Of a stretch of 64,000 nt of DNA, positions 44,470-55,733 are shown piece by piece. Source of the DNA: Coniocarpon cinnabarinum (Eukaryota); contig JAVECO010000106.1 in NCBI GenBank assembly GCA_051942205.1, positions 1 through 64,000 of the forward strand, read 5' to 3'. The stretch's first letter is position 1, and every line of letters begins with the position of its first letter. The position numbers were made by a program, and so were the translations under genes. The notes below the pieces were generated by a model. It was not told where the DNA came from and made no database searches. It saw only the letters and a list, made by a program, of their open reading frames with translations.

Positions 44470-44774
44470 AAAACTCTAGCTCGGATTGCAGTGACGAGCA
44501 ATAGCTCAGCTGGAATGTTGATGGAGCAGGAATTAGGGCCAGGGCTACGTCCTGGAGTTTGTGCGCAGAAGTCACAGCGCTTTCGGAAGCATTGGTAGCA
44601 GGTCCACGGCATGCGTCTCGCTGAGAGAGCTGGACCCAAAGGTCCACAAGCATTTTAGTAGCCACTCTTCCCTAAATTTGCTTATCTTTAGAGGCTCGAA
44701 GGTTGTGGACGTCTTGACATGAATAAATATTAGTTACACCTAGCCAGAATAGCTTTTATTTTACTATGCTCATT

Positions 44775-44910
44775 AGGACGGCAAGAGTCACGAATATCGC
44801 TTTAGGCGATGAGCCTGCAGAATGAGGATAATCGGCGTAAAAGAACTATAAGCAAAGCCGCGAAACCACATCGCAACATATAAGACCCGGAATTATGGCG
44901 CGGTGAGTGG
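44775..44910 (-). repeat. Copy of the ~150-bp intergenic monomer (minus orientation)
   Basis: Reverse complement reads CCGCGCCATAATTCCGGGTCTTAT..TGGTTTCGCG..CAGGCTCATCGCCTAAAGCGATATTCG; boxes are 53 bp apart. Confidence 0.75.
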
Positions 44911-45531
44911 TGATGGTTTTTAGCTGTCACGTGATTTCTAAGGACAAACCCGTGACCAACAGTTGGTGATAATGATCGTGGCGCAAATTTGACAGCGTCA
45001 ACACCACATTAATTGTTCAAAGTTTAATGACTTTGTCAACACTCTACATATCATAGCCGAATTTTCGATGAGTTAATAACTAGATTTGAATCTGCTCGAA
45101 CAGTGTCATCGTAAAAGTTGCAATGCGAAGAATGTTCATCAAACTTCAGAATTCAGGACAACACCACGCTGAAGCATTCCATTTAACGGCGATAGCAGGG
45201 CGAGGCCTTCTCTTATAATCAGTCTGAAACAGGACATTACATCTTTAAGACCAGCTGTATGTGATCACAAAGGATGTGTGGAAATCGACTATACGTCACT
45301 GAATTCCGTCCACATTTGCATTGCACGGAAACAGCAACATTTACAAAAGAGCAGCGGTTAATTTGAGATGTCCAGCATCGTTTCAAATGAGTGACTGGTC
45401 TATGAGTACTGAGAGCGAATTTCTCGCACGCAACATGGCCCGAGGATCACTTGAGAAGAGTTAGCAGATAGCACATCAGCCTCGGGAATGAGCGAGAGCT
45501 TACTCACCTAGGACAATGAGCTTGAGCAAGA

Positions 45532-45735
45532 CTAAGTCTTTGTGGTCCCGCCACCACCATTACCACCTTTGTCCTGGTCTTTCTTGCCAAACAACTTTTC
45601 CTCGCCCTTCTCCACCGCCTTTTTTATTTTGTTCTCTTTGCGCTTCTCCTGAGAGCTGCGGCCCGCGTTTAGAGTGTTGGAGAGGTCCGCCTTATCCTTA
45701 TCGCTCATCTTCTTTCCTTCGTTCGTGTTGGACAT
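45532..45735 (-). CDS. Small lysine/glycine-rich hydrophilin-like peptide (67 aa)
   Basis: ATG in good context (CCGTCATG); highly charged, Gly-rich, no Cys/Trp. No homology evidence available. Confidence 0.5.
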   Translation of the reverse strand: MSNTNEGKKMSDKDKADLSNTLNAGRSSQEKRKENKIKKAVEKGEEKLFGKKDQDKGGNGGGGTTKT

Positions 45736-46624
45736 GACGGATGGATGCAGGTAGTTGACTGAAAGTGTAGGTAGGCTTTAGAAATTGGTGTGATTTGTGA
45801 GGTCAAGGTTATTGAAGGTCTGAATGGGTTGATTGAATGCAAGAAGCTGAGAAGTCGAGTAGAACATACCATACTTATAGGCTTGAAGCCGACGTGGTTT
45901 CATCAGAAAGAATCATTTGTCGTATGGCCAGGTGTACACAATGGTATAGCTGCGTGCGTCAGTCAGGACGATCGACCATGCCGAGCCACGCCTCCCGGTC
46001 TACGTGTTTACCATTGAAGCCAGATATACACACTCAGGGCCAGATATGCATATGCAGAGCCAGATCATCACTGAGAAATCCTAAATCTTGACACGCGTGC
46101 CGGTTGAGATAACGCTCTGTGCCAGATGCAGCCGTGAGACATGCTTAGTTACGCTTTCAGACCAATCCCCTAGCCAAATGAAAGGAGCGAGTGCTGTAAG
46201 CAGAGAGGGCGAGTTTCAGACCTTGAAAGATTGAAGATGTAAAGAGAACACCAACTCTGCGAGAACCCGAACCTCCGCTTTCAGACGAATCCTGTAGCGA
46301 ATTGGCCAGAGCGAGCGCTGCAAGCATAAACAGACGGCGAGTTTCAGATTCCAAAGGATGAATAATCTGTCGTAAGCACGACATGGATAGGGCCGCGGGA
46401 AAATAAGGTTTGTCTCCAGTTCGCGTGAGGATTCTTGAGATTTGTTACAATTGGGGTCCGTTGAGAAAGCGACCGAATCTAGTCTGGTTAGCAAAAGAAT
46501 CTGACTCTTCCAGCATATCTCTCTGAGACGCGCGATCCTGAAAAGCTTTTCATGATCGTAACACTAGTACTCAATCCGAACAGTGATGCACTTGGTTTAA
46601 TGTAGGCATGGTTCATAAAGTAGA

Positions 46625-46770
46625 GCTCTTGTCGCTCTTTGACTGAGCGCCTTGTAGGTTAAACGTGGCTTTCGCCACAATACCCACGGATTTTTTACCA
46701 GAAGCATCCTTAGAGTAGGGGCTCGAGGCGCGGACTGGGATCCTCCAAGGACTATCGTCCCCGACCCAAA
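46625..46770 (+). repeat. Degenerate copy of the ~150-bp intergenic monomer
   Basis: GGCTTTCGCCACAATACCCA (46667) and GGCTCG (46720), 53 bp apart, like unit 1 of the 51533 array (AGCTTTCGCCGATATACCCA). Confidence 0.65.
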
Positions 46771-47858
46771 GACGTCTGTGGACCTTCTCAAGGAAACACA
46801 ACCTTGTCGTCTCGACGGATGCCACATCCAACACGACCCAGCGATTGGCTGAAGCATCGTGGTAAGGCGAGTAGCATTTGCGCCAGGAGTCTGCCCGCAA
46901 GAAACCTCTACCCGCTTGATGACCCGCGAGATCTTGATGTATTTAGTACGGCAAGCTTGTAACGTGTGCGGACCTCGTCCTTTAGCAGTAGGAAGCTTCC
47001 TGCCGTAGACGACACGCTTCCGGCGAACTTTGCGAGCCGTACATAGGTACAGATAGGTACGATATCCGTCTTACGCGCACCGCTTTTGTATTGGGTCCGA
47101 TGCTGTATCTCACATGTGGCTGAAATATGTATCGCTATCGGAAATCGTGGCACAAAAGCTACAGTAGGACATGGTAAGACTCCATTTTCTTCAATGGTGA
47201 TACTTCCTTAGGACTCTTGATTCTGAGCTAAGGTTTCCGACGAAGCTATTTCTTGGTCGCTGCTCGAGTAAGCTGAGAAATGAGTCATCCCATGAAGACG
47301 CTTCCGTGAAGGACGCTTACAGGACTATTGCTCGGGCTGACCCTGGCCCTGTCAACGTCCCGTCAACGTCCTGCCGTCTGGTGTTGCTGTGCTGCACGTC
47401 AGGTCGGCCACAGATTAATCGCTCGGGCCCGCCCCATGACCCTATCACGCCTACTTTCCAGGACGTCGCATGACTAAACATGTCCTGTCAGAGTGTACAA
47501 AGTACAATGTATGTGGCCCGCGGCCTGCTGAATCCTCAAAGCTTTGACAGATGTTTGGTGGCCCCCCGATGGAACCGACCCTTGCCACCAGAATCCAGCT
47601 TTCTCCCTTTCCCGCTGTAAGATGTATTCTTTCTATGTCGGGAGACTTGCGTGAAGAACACCTGGCGTCTGGAAGATCCGATATGCATTCGTGTGCTGGC
47701 TGTCGTGACAGTGGAGCGGCGGATAATGTTTGCCCGCTTCGGATGTTACTTGCAACATAACCCAAAGCGGTATGGGTGATCAGTCTGCTTCTGCTGCAAC
47801 GCATACTCCAGGAATTCGCCTACACCGACATTGGTTGAGCTGGCTTCACCGACATCCC

Positions 47859-49536
47859 ATGGAAGAACCAGTAGATCACGACGATGAATGTTGGGAACAG
47901 GTGGAGGAGCATCGCAGCGAGTTTGTGACAAAAGTCACCGGCGATGAGGCTCAGGAGGCGATCATGAAATATGTTAAGACTGTAGTGCCTGGCTCTGTGG
48001 AAGAGCTCCATTTCGTGGGCGCTGGTGCATTTAACATCGTGTTCAAGGTGGAACTACAGGGCAACTCATCACAAAGTCCGCTTGTTCGTCTTCCAATGTC
48101 GGGCGCATCCCTGTTTCCTGAAGAAAAATGCCGGAACGAAGCTGCAATCATGCGCTTTCTGAAGGATGATGCCAGGCTGCTAGTTCCCAAGGTGTTGCAC
48201 TTTGCAACGAAAAGGGATGGGTCAGTATTTGGCAACCATCTTCACACAAAGTCTGGAGACGTTTCACGCTAAAGAGAATGAGCAGGCCTAGCAATCTGGG
48301 AGCCTGCTTAATCATCGAACAATGTCCACATCACACCAGTGTATCACGCGTCCTCAGTAGACAGCATGATCGCACAACGCAACCGGTAGAAAAAGACGAG
48401 AAGCTTCATCATGACATTTTGCCGTCGACGCTTGAGTCAATGTATACCATCATCGCCAAATTTATGCTCCAACTGTGGGAGCCATCATTCTCAGCTATTG
48501 GTGCCATTGACGAACGTGGCCACGTCCGACACAGACCGCTTACTTTAGACATGAATGAGCTGGTTCAACTGGGCGGCCTGCCCCGCTCTGTGCTGCCTCA
48601 GAAGACGTTCAATAGCTCTGAAGAATATTTCGTAGCACTGGCTCAATCGCACCTGGTGGGTCGAAGTTCTGGTGCATCCGATTGAATGGTTCTTGACCGG
48701 CTTCTAATTCTTGACGCTTGCAGGATCATCTCGTCCATCAACGCAATGACGTTGTCGAATCGGAAGAGGACTGCAGGAAGAAGTACGTAGCGCGTTGCCT
48801 ATTCCGCAAACTGGCACGACAAGGGTGAGTGAACGCTGCGTCGTCAATCTGCTGCTCTCTGCCAACGTCTCCGCATGTGTGTTCTAATTGTAGCAGTGTT
48901 CCGTATTGGAATCGTCGAGCTACTCACAAGCACAACGGAGACGGCTGACAGGATGTTTATAGACGTCTTCATCAAGCGCAGTATGCCACTCAGCACTTCA
49001 AGTTGTTTAATGACGACCTCGATCCTTCGAGTTTCTTGCTCAACGAAGCACACAATCTTGTCGGTGTCATCGATTGGGAATACACCAACGCGTTGCCCGC
49101 AGACTTCGCGCTTGCTCCACCGTGGTCACTTCTCCTGTGCCGCCCCGAGTCCCACCACTATGACGATATTGAACGCTGGGCTCGCGCATACTCCCCGCGG
49201 TTGAACACCTTCTTGTCTTGCCTTCGACGCGTAGAAAGGGAGAGAAAGGCCAAGGGCGGATGGATTCCAGGCCACACGCTAAGCGAAGGCATGCAAAAGA
49301 GCTGGGACAGCGGTGACTTCTGGATCATAATGGCTAGCCGCCGCAGTTTCATCTTTGACCCCATCTTCTGGCGATGGATCGCTCCTCGCTTCTTCGGGAG
49401 AGGAGTGGAGGCGTGGCAGGAGCTATACGAGGAAGAGTTGAGCGCTGTTGAGAAGAAGGGCATGGAGCAGCTTGTGAAACGGAAAAAGCGAGAAATGGAG
49501 GAGGGGAGGAGAACGCAATGGGATGGGAAGGAGTGA
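47859..49536 (+). CDS. Aminoglycoside-phosphotransferase/choline-kinase-like (APH) phosphotransferase family protein (4 exons)
   Basis: GAFNIVFKV..LVRLP..FPEEKCRNEAAIMRFL..VPKVLHF; RPLTLDMNELV; HLVHQRND..DCRKKYVARCLF; FKLFNDDLDPSSFLL..VGVIDWEYT..PPWSLLL. Introns 48221-48285, 48656-48723 and 48825-48962. Confidence 0.88.
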
Positions 49537-49779
49537 CGCGAATATTTCGCGAGCAGACAAACGCCCATACTTCCATTTCAATGATCCGAGATAAGAGCAC
49601 TTGCCACCATGCAATTCAGTGCTCTTGAAGGCTCAGAGGCCTTTCGCCGCTGTTCGTGCTAGACGAATTCGGCAGAACTTCTCATCTTAGGCGCTGAACT
49701 CTGAAGCGCGTACATCGCTGCAGATGTAAAGGGATATTGAAGGGATGCAAACGCCATAAGTGTTGGTCGTAGCGAGGCG

Positions 49780-50200
49780 CATGCCCAAATAATGAGCCTC
49801 TCGCATTAAAGATTTGCGAGTCTCAAAGCTCTATGCAGGACGGCGAAAGCCACCTGGGCGTTACATGACACCAGATTGTCGTTCGTTGAGTGCTGTCATT
49901 CGGCAAGGGTCATAGACAACATTGTTTGTCGGAAAATCCAGACAGTGAGCCACTGGAATAAAGGAATAGCAAGTATCCAGGCTATGAGCATGACGGCGAA
50001 GACCTCTTCGCTTCTTGGGATATAATATTTTCTCGCAGCAAGGGCGGTCATCCAATATCTTGCCTGCCGCGAGGACTTGGGATAGGTCGTTGCCGAATTG
50101 CAATTCACCTAGTGAGCCTCTGCGATAAGGAATGCTTAGGCCAAAAAGCTGTGAACACCACGGCGAAAGGCTCTGTGCTTGAAACATTTCTTGAATGGAG
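49780..50200 (-). repeat. Tandem array of three ~150-165-bp intergenic monomers (minus orientation)
   Basis: GAGCC boxes end at 49798, 49951 and 50118; GGCGAA boxes end at 49851, 50004 and 50171 (each +53). Periods 153 and 167. Confidence 0.8.
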
Positions 50201-50516
50201 TACGACAAGTGCTCGGCCGTTGCACACGCTAGATGTATCACCCTGCCCGAATTCATTTGTAAGACAGCCATCCATAGACGGCTTTAGTCGTGTGATCGTA
50301 TATTCTGCCATACCTTGGAGAAATTCCCAGAGAAAGCTCAGACTGCAATGTCACAAGGTCGTCCGGCCACTTGCTCATTCAATACAGCCGCTTAGACATT
50401 TGCCCTCCTCACCTTTACTCCTGGGGGCATTGGAGAGCAGACACTGGCTTGACAGGAACAAGACCCTCTGAACCTCCGCAATCAACTCTTCTTCCCAAAT
50501 TACTGTGTTCGAGACC

Positions 50517-51374
50517 ATGGCCACCGCACCGAAAGTCCATCTCTACTCCCTCTCTGGTATTATGTTTTTCCACCCTCTCCACTTGAAGCCCGTCTGACAC
50601 CCCCCAGAGCTCAAAACAACCCTCGACGACCACCTCCCCCTCCTCCTCTCTTCGTCCTCCCAATCCCTCTCCCAACCGCTCCCCAAAGCTAAACGCTTCA
50701 CACCAATCCACAGCACGACCTACGTCCGTCTGGCGCTCGGCTACAGCGCCGTCGCCATCGCACTCTACATCTTCTACCTCGACTACGTGCAGAAGATCAA
50801 ATTCACAGACATCAAAACCACCACGACATTAGCGGTACTCGCGTATTTCAGTTTAAACGGCCTCTTAACGCTGTGGATGTGGTTCGTGGAGCGGGGCGAG
50901 ATCTTCAAAGGCCAGAGACGTGACGGCGACACAACCGTGGACGTCAAAATCAGGAGTCTGCCGCCGCATCGAAAATACGATCCCCTCTACCGCCTCATCA
51001 TTTCTTGGAGCTCAAACAACCAACCCGAGAAGAGCGCAGAAAGAGACGTCACGGCGCCGTTCTCAAAGTTCTTTAGTACAGACAGCAAGTTTATCCCTGC
51101 GGCGTTTGAAGCCTGGGTGAAAGAAGTGCTTCCACTTGCCACTGGGACGATCGAGGACATGCAATTGTCGTCCAGCCCGGGGACATTGGAAAAGGAGATT
51201 GCGGTGGGCGAGGCGGCGAGGATACCGGAAGGGAGTTCGCTGGAGGAGGTGGGGGAGGCGTTAAGGAGGGAGACGGTTGCGAAGACCGGGGCCGATGATG
51301 TGATTGTTTTGGGCAGTGGGGAGGAGGAGATGACGCCCAGAAAAAGAGGAAGGCCGCGGAAGGGACAACAATGA
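50517..51374 (+). CDS. SPC2: Signal peptidase complex subunit 2 (Spc2/SPC25), 2 exons
   Basis: MATAPKVHLYSLS|ELKTTLDDHLP..VRLALGYSAVAIA..AVLAYFSLNGLLTLWMWFVERG..APFSKFFSTDSKF, with two TM segments. Intron about 50557-50607. Confidence 0.85.
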
Positions 51375-51532
51375 GTTGCAGGCGCGATGGAGTGCAACTG
51401 AAAAAAGTGAGATGCGTGATCGCGCATTGAGCGTTGGATGTAGGCTGTATGATCGTTCTGCCACGGAGCTTGCACATATCAGCGAGAATCTCAAATGAAG
51501 CCACACAAACTAGTCAGATTTGCTAATGTAGT

Positions 51533-52135
51533 AAGAGCCTCGAACCAGAGTATATGCCGCGCGATAATTCAGTGTTTTAAGAGGTGAAAGGAGCTTTCGC
51601 CGATATACCCATAACTTTTTGAACAAAGATGTTGTGATCGCAGAGGCTCGCTGCTAAGACCAAATTTCGACGTCGGTTTTTGTCCGGAAGAGCCTTTAGT
51701 AGAAGCACAATGCAGCGCTGTGTAGGGGAAAGGCACCTTCCGCTACTATAGCCAGAGCTATCCCAACAGATATTCTGTTATCGTGAAGGCTCGCTGCTAA
51801 GACTAAAATATAGCGACGAATATTATCTGTAAGAGTCTTGAATTACAGTGCATGCCGCACAACAATACAGTGCTGTATATAGCAGAGGGGGCTTCCGCCA
51901 ACTTACTCACAGACTCATGGCTAGATATCCTGTAGCTGCAGAGGCTCCTTGTCAAGATCAGAATCCGACAAGGATTTTCATTCGCAAGAGCCTCGAGCAG
52001 GAGCGCTATGCAGTGCTGTATGATATGTAGGGAGCTTTGGCCACTATATCAGTAGCTTTATATCCAGATGTGTCGTAGTCGTAGAGGCTGGCGGCTCAGA
52101 CTGAAATTCGCTGAGTGCTGTTGTCCCTGACGCCC
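51533..52135 (+). repeat. Tandem array of four ~143-155-bp intergenic monomers
   Basis: Units start AAGAGYCT at 51533, 51688, 51831 and 51986. Box pairs at 51592/51645, 51735/51788, 51890/51943 and 52033/52086 are all 53 bp apart. Confidence 0.88.
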
Positions 52136-52477
52136 TGTAGGCTGCAGCGCAGATGCTACATCGTATACTCTGAATTTCCGACGTTTAGGGGTATTTCCTC
52201 GAAAGCTGGGAAATTTGACAGTAAAGACCAACTGTATACTGCTGCGAAGTTCTCAATGGGCAGCATAAAGTAAAGAGCAGCATGCACAAGTTCAGTCGAA
52301 CAAAGGAGATTTGTCGCTCTAAGTACACAGGCACACGACCTTCGCCATCGATCGAATAGTGGTTACAACGGGTCTCCTCTATTTTCCACACTTTGCTCCG
52401 CTTCTTCTGCTCGCCGTCCACGCGTGTCTGCCCGTGGGCACAGACACCTCGTTCAACTCATCCCTATCTCTCTTCCT

Positions 52478-54597
52478 CTATGCGGAGAAGTTCTTAGTAA
52501 AGCTGGACACTGCAGTCTTGACTTTCTCCTCCAGCTCTTTGCTCAATGCACCCTCCTTGTCAATCTGCTCCATCAAAGCTTGCTCATTCGTCTTCAAGTG
52601 TTGTAGGAAGTCCGCCTCCCAAGCGAGAATTTTGTTGACCGGTAATGAATCCAGGTACCCATTAATACCTAGAACCATTAATTTCCGAATTTTCGAAGTC
52701 ATCAGGAGTGAAAGGCCTTACCAGCGTAAATCAATGGCACCATCTCGTTCACAGCCATGGGCAAGTACTGCTTTTGCTTCAAAAGCTCCGTGAGACGCTC
52801 ACCTCGGCTCAGTGTCTGCTTTGTTGCCGCGTCCAAGTCAGAGCCAAATTGAGCGAAGGCCGCCACTTCGCGGTACTGTGCCAAGAAGAGCTTGAGGGAG
52901 CCGGCGACTTGTTTCATGGCCTTCAGCTGAGCGGCAGAGCCGACACGTGAGACAGATAGACCGACATTGATGGCGGGGCGGATACCCTTGTAGAAGAGTT
53001 CAGATTCCAAGAAGATTTGACCGTCAGTAATGGAAATGACGTTTGTGGGGATGTAAGCAGACACATCACCACCCTGGGTCTCAATGATCGGCAATGCAGT
53101 CAGAGAGCCACCACCAAGTTTGTCGTTCATCTTAGCTGCACGCTCAAGTAGACGAGAGTGGAGATAGAAGACACTGCAATTCCGGTCAGGAAAAGTATTA
53201 TAAGAGAGCTTCTTGAACACTTACTCGCCGGGGTAAGCTTCACGACCTGGTGGACGTCTGAGCAGCAACGACATTTGACGGTAGGCGACAGCTTGCTTTG
53301 AAAGATCATCGTGAATAACGAGAGCATGACGCCCATTATCCCTGAACCACTCGGACAAAGCTGTACCAGTGAAAGGCGCGATGTACTGTAGCGGTGCAGC
53401 CTCGGAGGCAGTAGCGGCAACAACGATGGAGTATTTCATAGCGTCGTTCTCTTCAAGTGTCTTGACGAGCTGCGCGACAGTCGATCGCTTCTGACCCACA
53501 GCAACGTAAACACAGTACAGCTTCTTCGTCTCGTCGTTGCTGTTGTTCCACCTCCTCTGGTTCAGAATGGCGTCAAGCGCAACGGCTGTCTTTCCAGTCT
53601 GACGATCTCCGATAATCAACTCACGCTGACCGCGACCGATGGGGACCATGGCATCGACAGGCTTGAGACCGGTTTGCACAGGCTGGTTGACGGACTGACG
53701 GGGCAAAATACCAGGTGCCTTGAGCTGTGCCCTTCGCTTCTCAGAAGTTTTGATAGGGCCCTTGCCATCGATGGGTTGACCCAGAGCATCGACAACACGA
53801 CCAAGCATTTCAGGACCGACCGGTACATCGACCTACAGACGTTAGAACTCATGTTGAGTGCGAACTGAACGAAAGAAGCCTACAATTTCTCCTGTTCGCT
53901 TCACGGTCTCGCCTTCCTTGACCAATCTGTCGGAACCAAACAACACGACACCGACTTGACCGGCCTCAAGGTTCATGCACATGCCCTTGACGCCAGAGGC
54001 GAATCTGTATTACGGTCAGCGCCCACGACTCTCCTGTGGGTAGTTTTTGTTCATACTCGACAAGCTCATCGGCCTGAACGTTGCTCATGCCGTGTACGCG
54101 AGCAATACCATCACTGAATGTCTGATCAGCTCAAAAACTTTTATTGAACGACACAAAGCCTTCTTCTGAGACTTCTCCATTCTCATACCCGACTGAAAGC
54201 ACACGGCCAGTCTCGGCAAGACTCGCCTCCTCAGACACGCCACGGATTCTTTGCTCTAGGATGGAAGAGACTTCAGTAGGAGCAGCTCTAGCCTCGGCAT
54301 AGCCACGGGCGTGCTTGGGGACGACATTATATGATGAAGGTGCGATGAAACGAGTCTGTTGAAAAACTGTGTAAGCATGGATTTTGAAGAACGGTGCAAA
54401 CGCTGGGTAGCGTCGAACAAGCTTGTTGACAGGTTGCACCCATAGCAAGCTTTCTGGAAACTTCAAAGTCGCGCTGGAAGATCGTGCTGGTTCACGGATC
54501 AGGAAGCAGGTCAAGAAGCACGTACGGAAGCTATTCGTCCAGTGGTGGAGAGAGCCCCGACCCTCCGGCTGGACTGTCTCAGTACGGATCGCATCAT
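52478..54597 (-). CDS. ATP1: Mitochondrial F1 ATP synthase alpha subunit (7 exons)
   Basis: Presequence [27 protein letters not shown]..; [12 protein letters not shown]; Walker [52 protein letters not shown]. Six introns, the first at 54356-54525. Confidence 0.97.
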
Positions 54598-54799
54598 CTT
54601 GATGTGAATGTGAAACAACTGAAGCAGAGACCACGAGCCTCAATGTCTCTAATGAGTGCGAAAAGAGTGGAGAGGCGGGTTGAGTGTAGATGAAGAGCTG
54701 TTTTGATGTTTGCCGATGAGCTATGAAGTTCGAAGCTCCTTAGACGGTCACGTGTTTTGGTCCGTGCTCAAGCCTATAGGTAATGACAGCAAGGGTCAA

Positions 54800-55340
54800 G
54801 GGCCTCGAAGGGTAGTACTTGCCGCACTATAATTCGGCATCTTATGACTCACAAAAGCCTATTGCCGTTGTACTTATAGGTGTGCGACCTCAATTGTGCT
54901 TAACGTACAAGCTCGTCGCCTGGCTGAAATCCGGCAAAGACTTTTGTCCTTGAGTCGAATTTTTCCGCGAGGCATTGAGCCTTACCACAAGCCAATTTGA
55001 CGTCAGAAAACCAGGAGCATTACGGCGAAACGCTTCAAGAAGCACTGACTTGTGTATCTTGGAAAGTGCTCTGGACTCGTTGAAACTCCTGCTGCCATAT
55101 CAGTCTGCTAAAAACTATATCCGTTGCAAGCAACATGAGGCAACAGCTGAGTCCGGCCCGCAACAACGTGAACCAAGTCTTTGAGATTGGTGGATGCCGC
55201 GATGTGCCCGTCAGCGTTGCTTCAAAATTCTGGAGAGATTCGCTGCCTTCAACAGGGCCTGAAAGTGCTGACAGGAGCCCCGCCTGTAAAGGGTTTGCAG
55301 CTTGAAAAGTTGGGGGCAAGACGACGAACCCCTTCAAAAC
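54800..55340. repeat. Plus-orientation monomer (54815-54953) followed by inverted monomers
   Basis: The plus copy is about 76% identical by hand count to 59229-59369. Inverted box pairs end at 54981/55033 (52 bp) and 55279/55332 (53 bp), about 2x149 bp apart. Confidence 0.8.
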
Positions 55341-55733
55341 CTAAGCAGCGATTGCACTGGGCGCAAGTGTTGTGCTCCGAGAGTACTGCCCTGACTACGG
55401 ATCTCACGGCAATGGAGTATGACAACCAGCCCTGCCCCAATCAAATAGCACCGCATTTCCACATCGTAAGATGAGTGGATACTTGTATTCTCAAAGCTTT
55501 TAGAAATTACGAGATCGCTGAGAATGCGTCATTCATGTATGCTTACATGTCTGCAACGGTAGATATGAGTGTGAATGTATCTGTACAGTGTGCCTCCTCC
55601 CAACGCCATGCAGAATGCTTATAAAGTTACAAGATGCTCCCTCTGCGGACACATCTGCCATTTTACCACAGATCAGGTTGATAGATAGACAATGCATAGC
55701 TCTGTCCATACTCTATATTATGATCATGATCAA

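Noticed and set aside
48825..48962. Possible stwintron (nested intron) in the APH gene
   Set aside because: Two-step splicing through the internal acceptor gives a poor donor (GTGTTC) and the wrong reading frame.
51533..52135. Tandem array as a CRISPR-like or coding repeat
   Set aside because: Units are ~150 bp and degenerate throughout, with no identical short repeats separated by unique spacers, no cas genes, a eukaryotic context and no sustained ORF.
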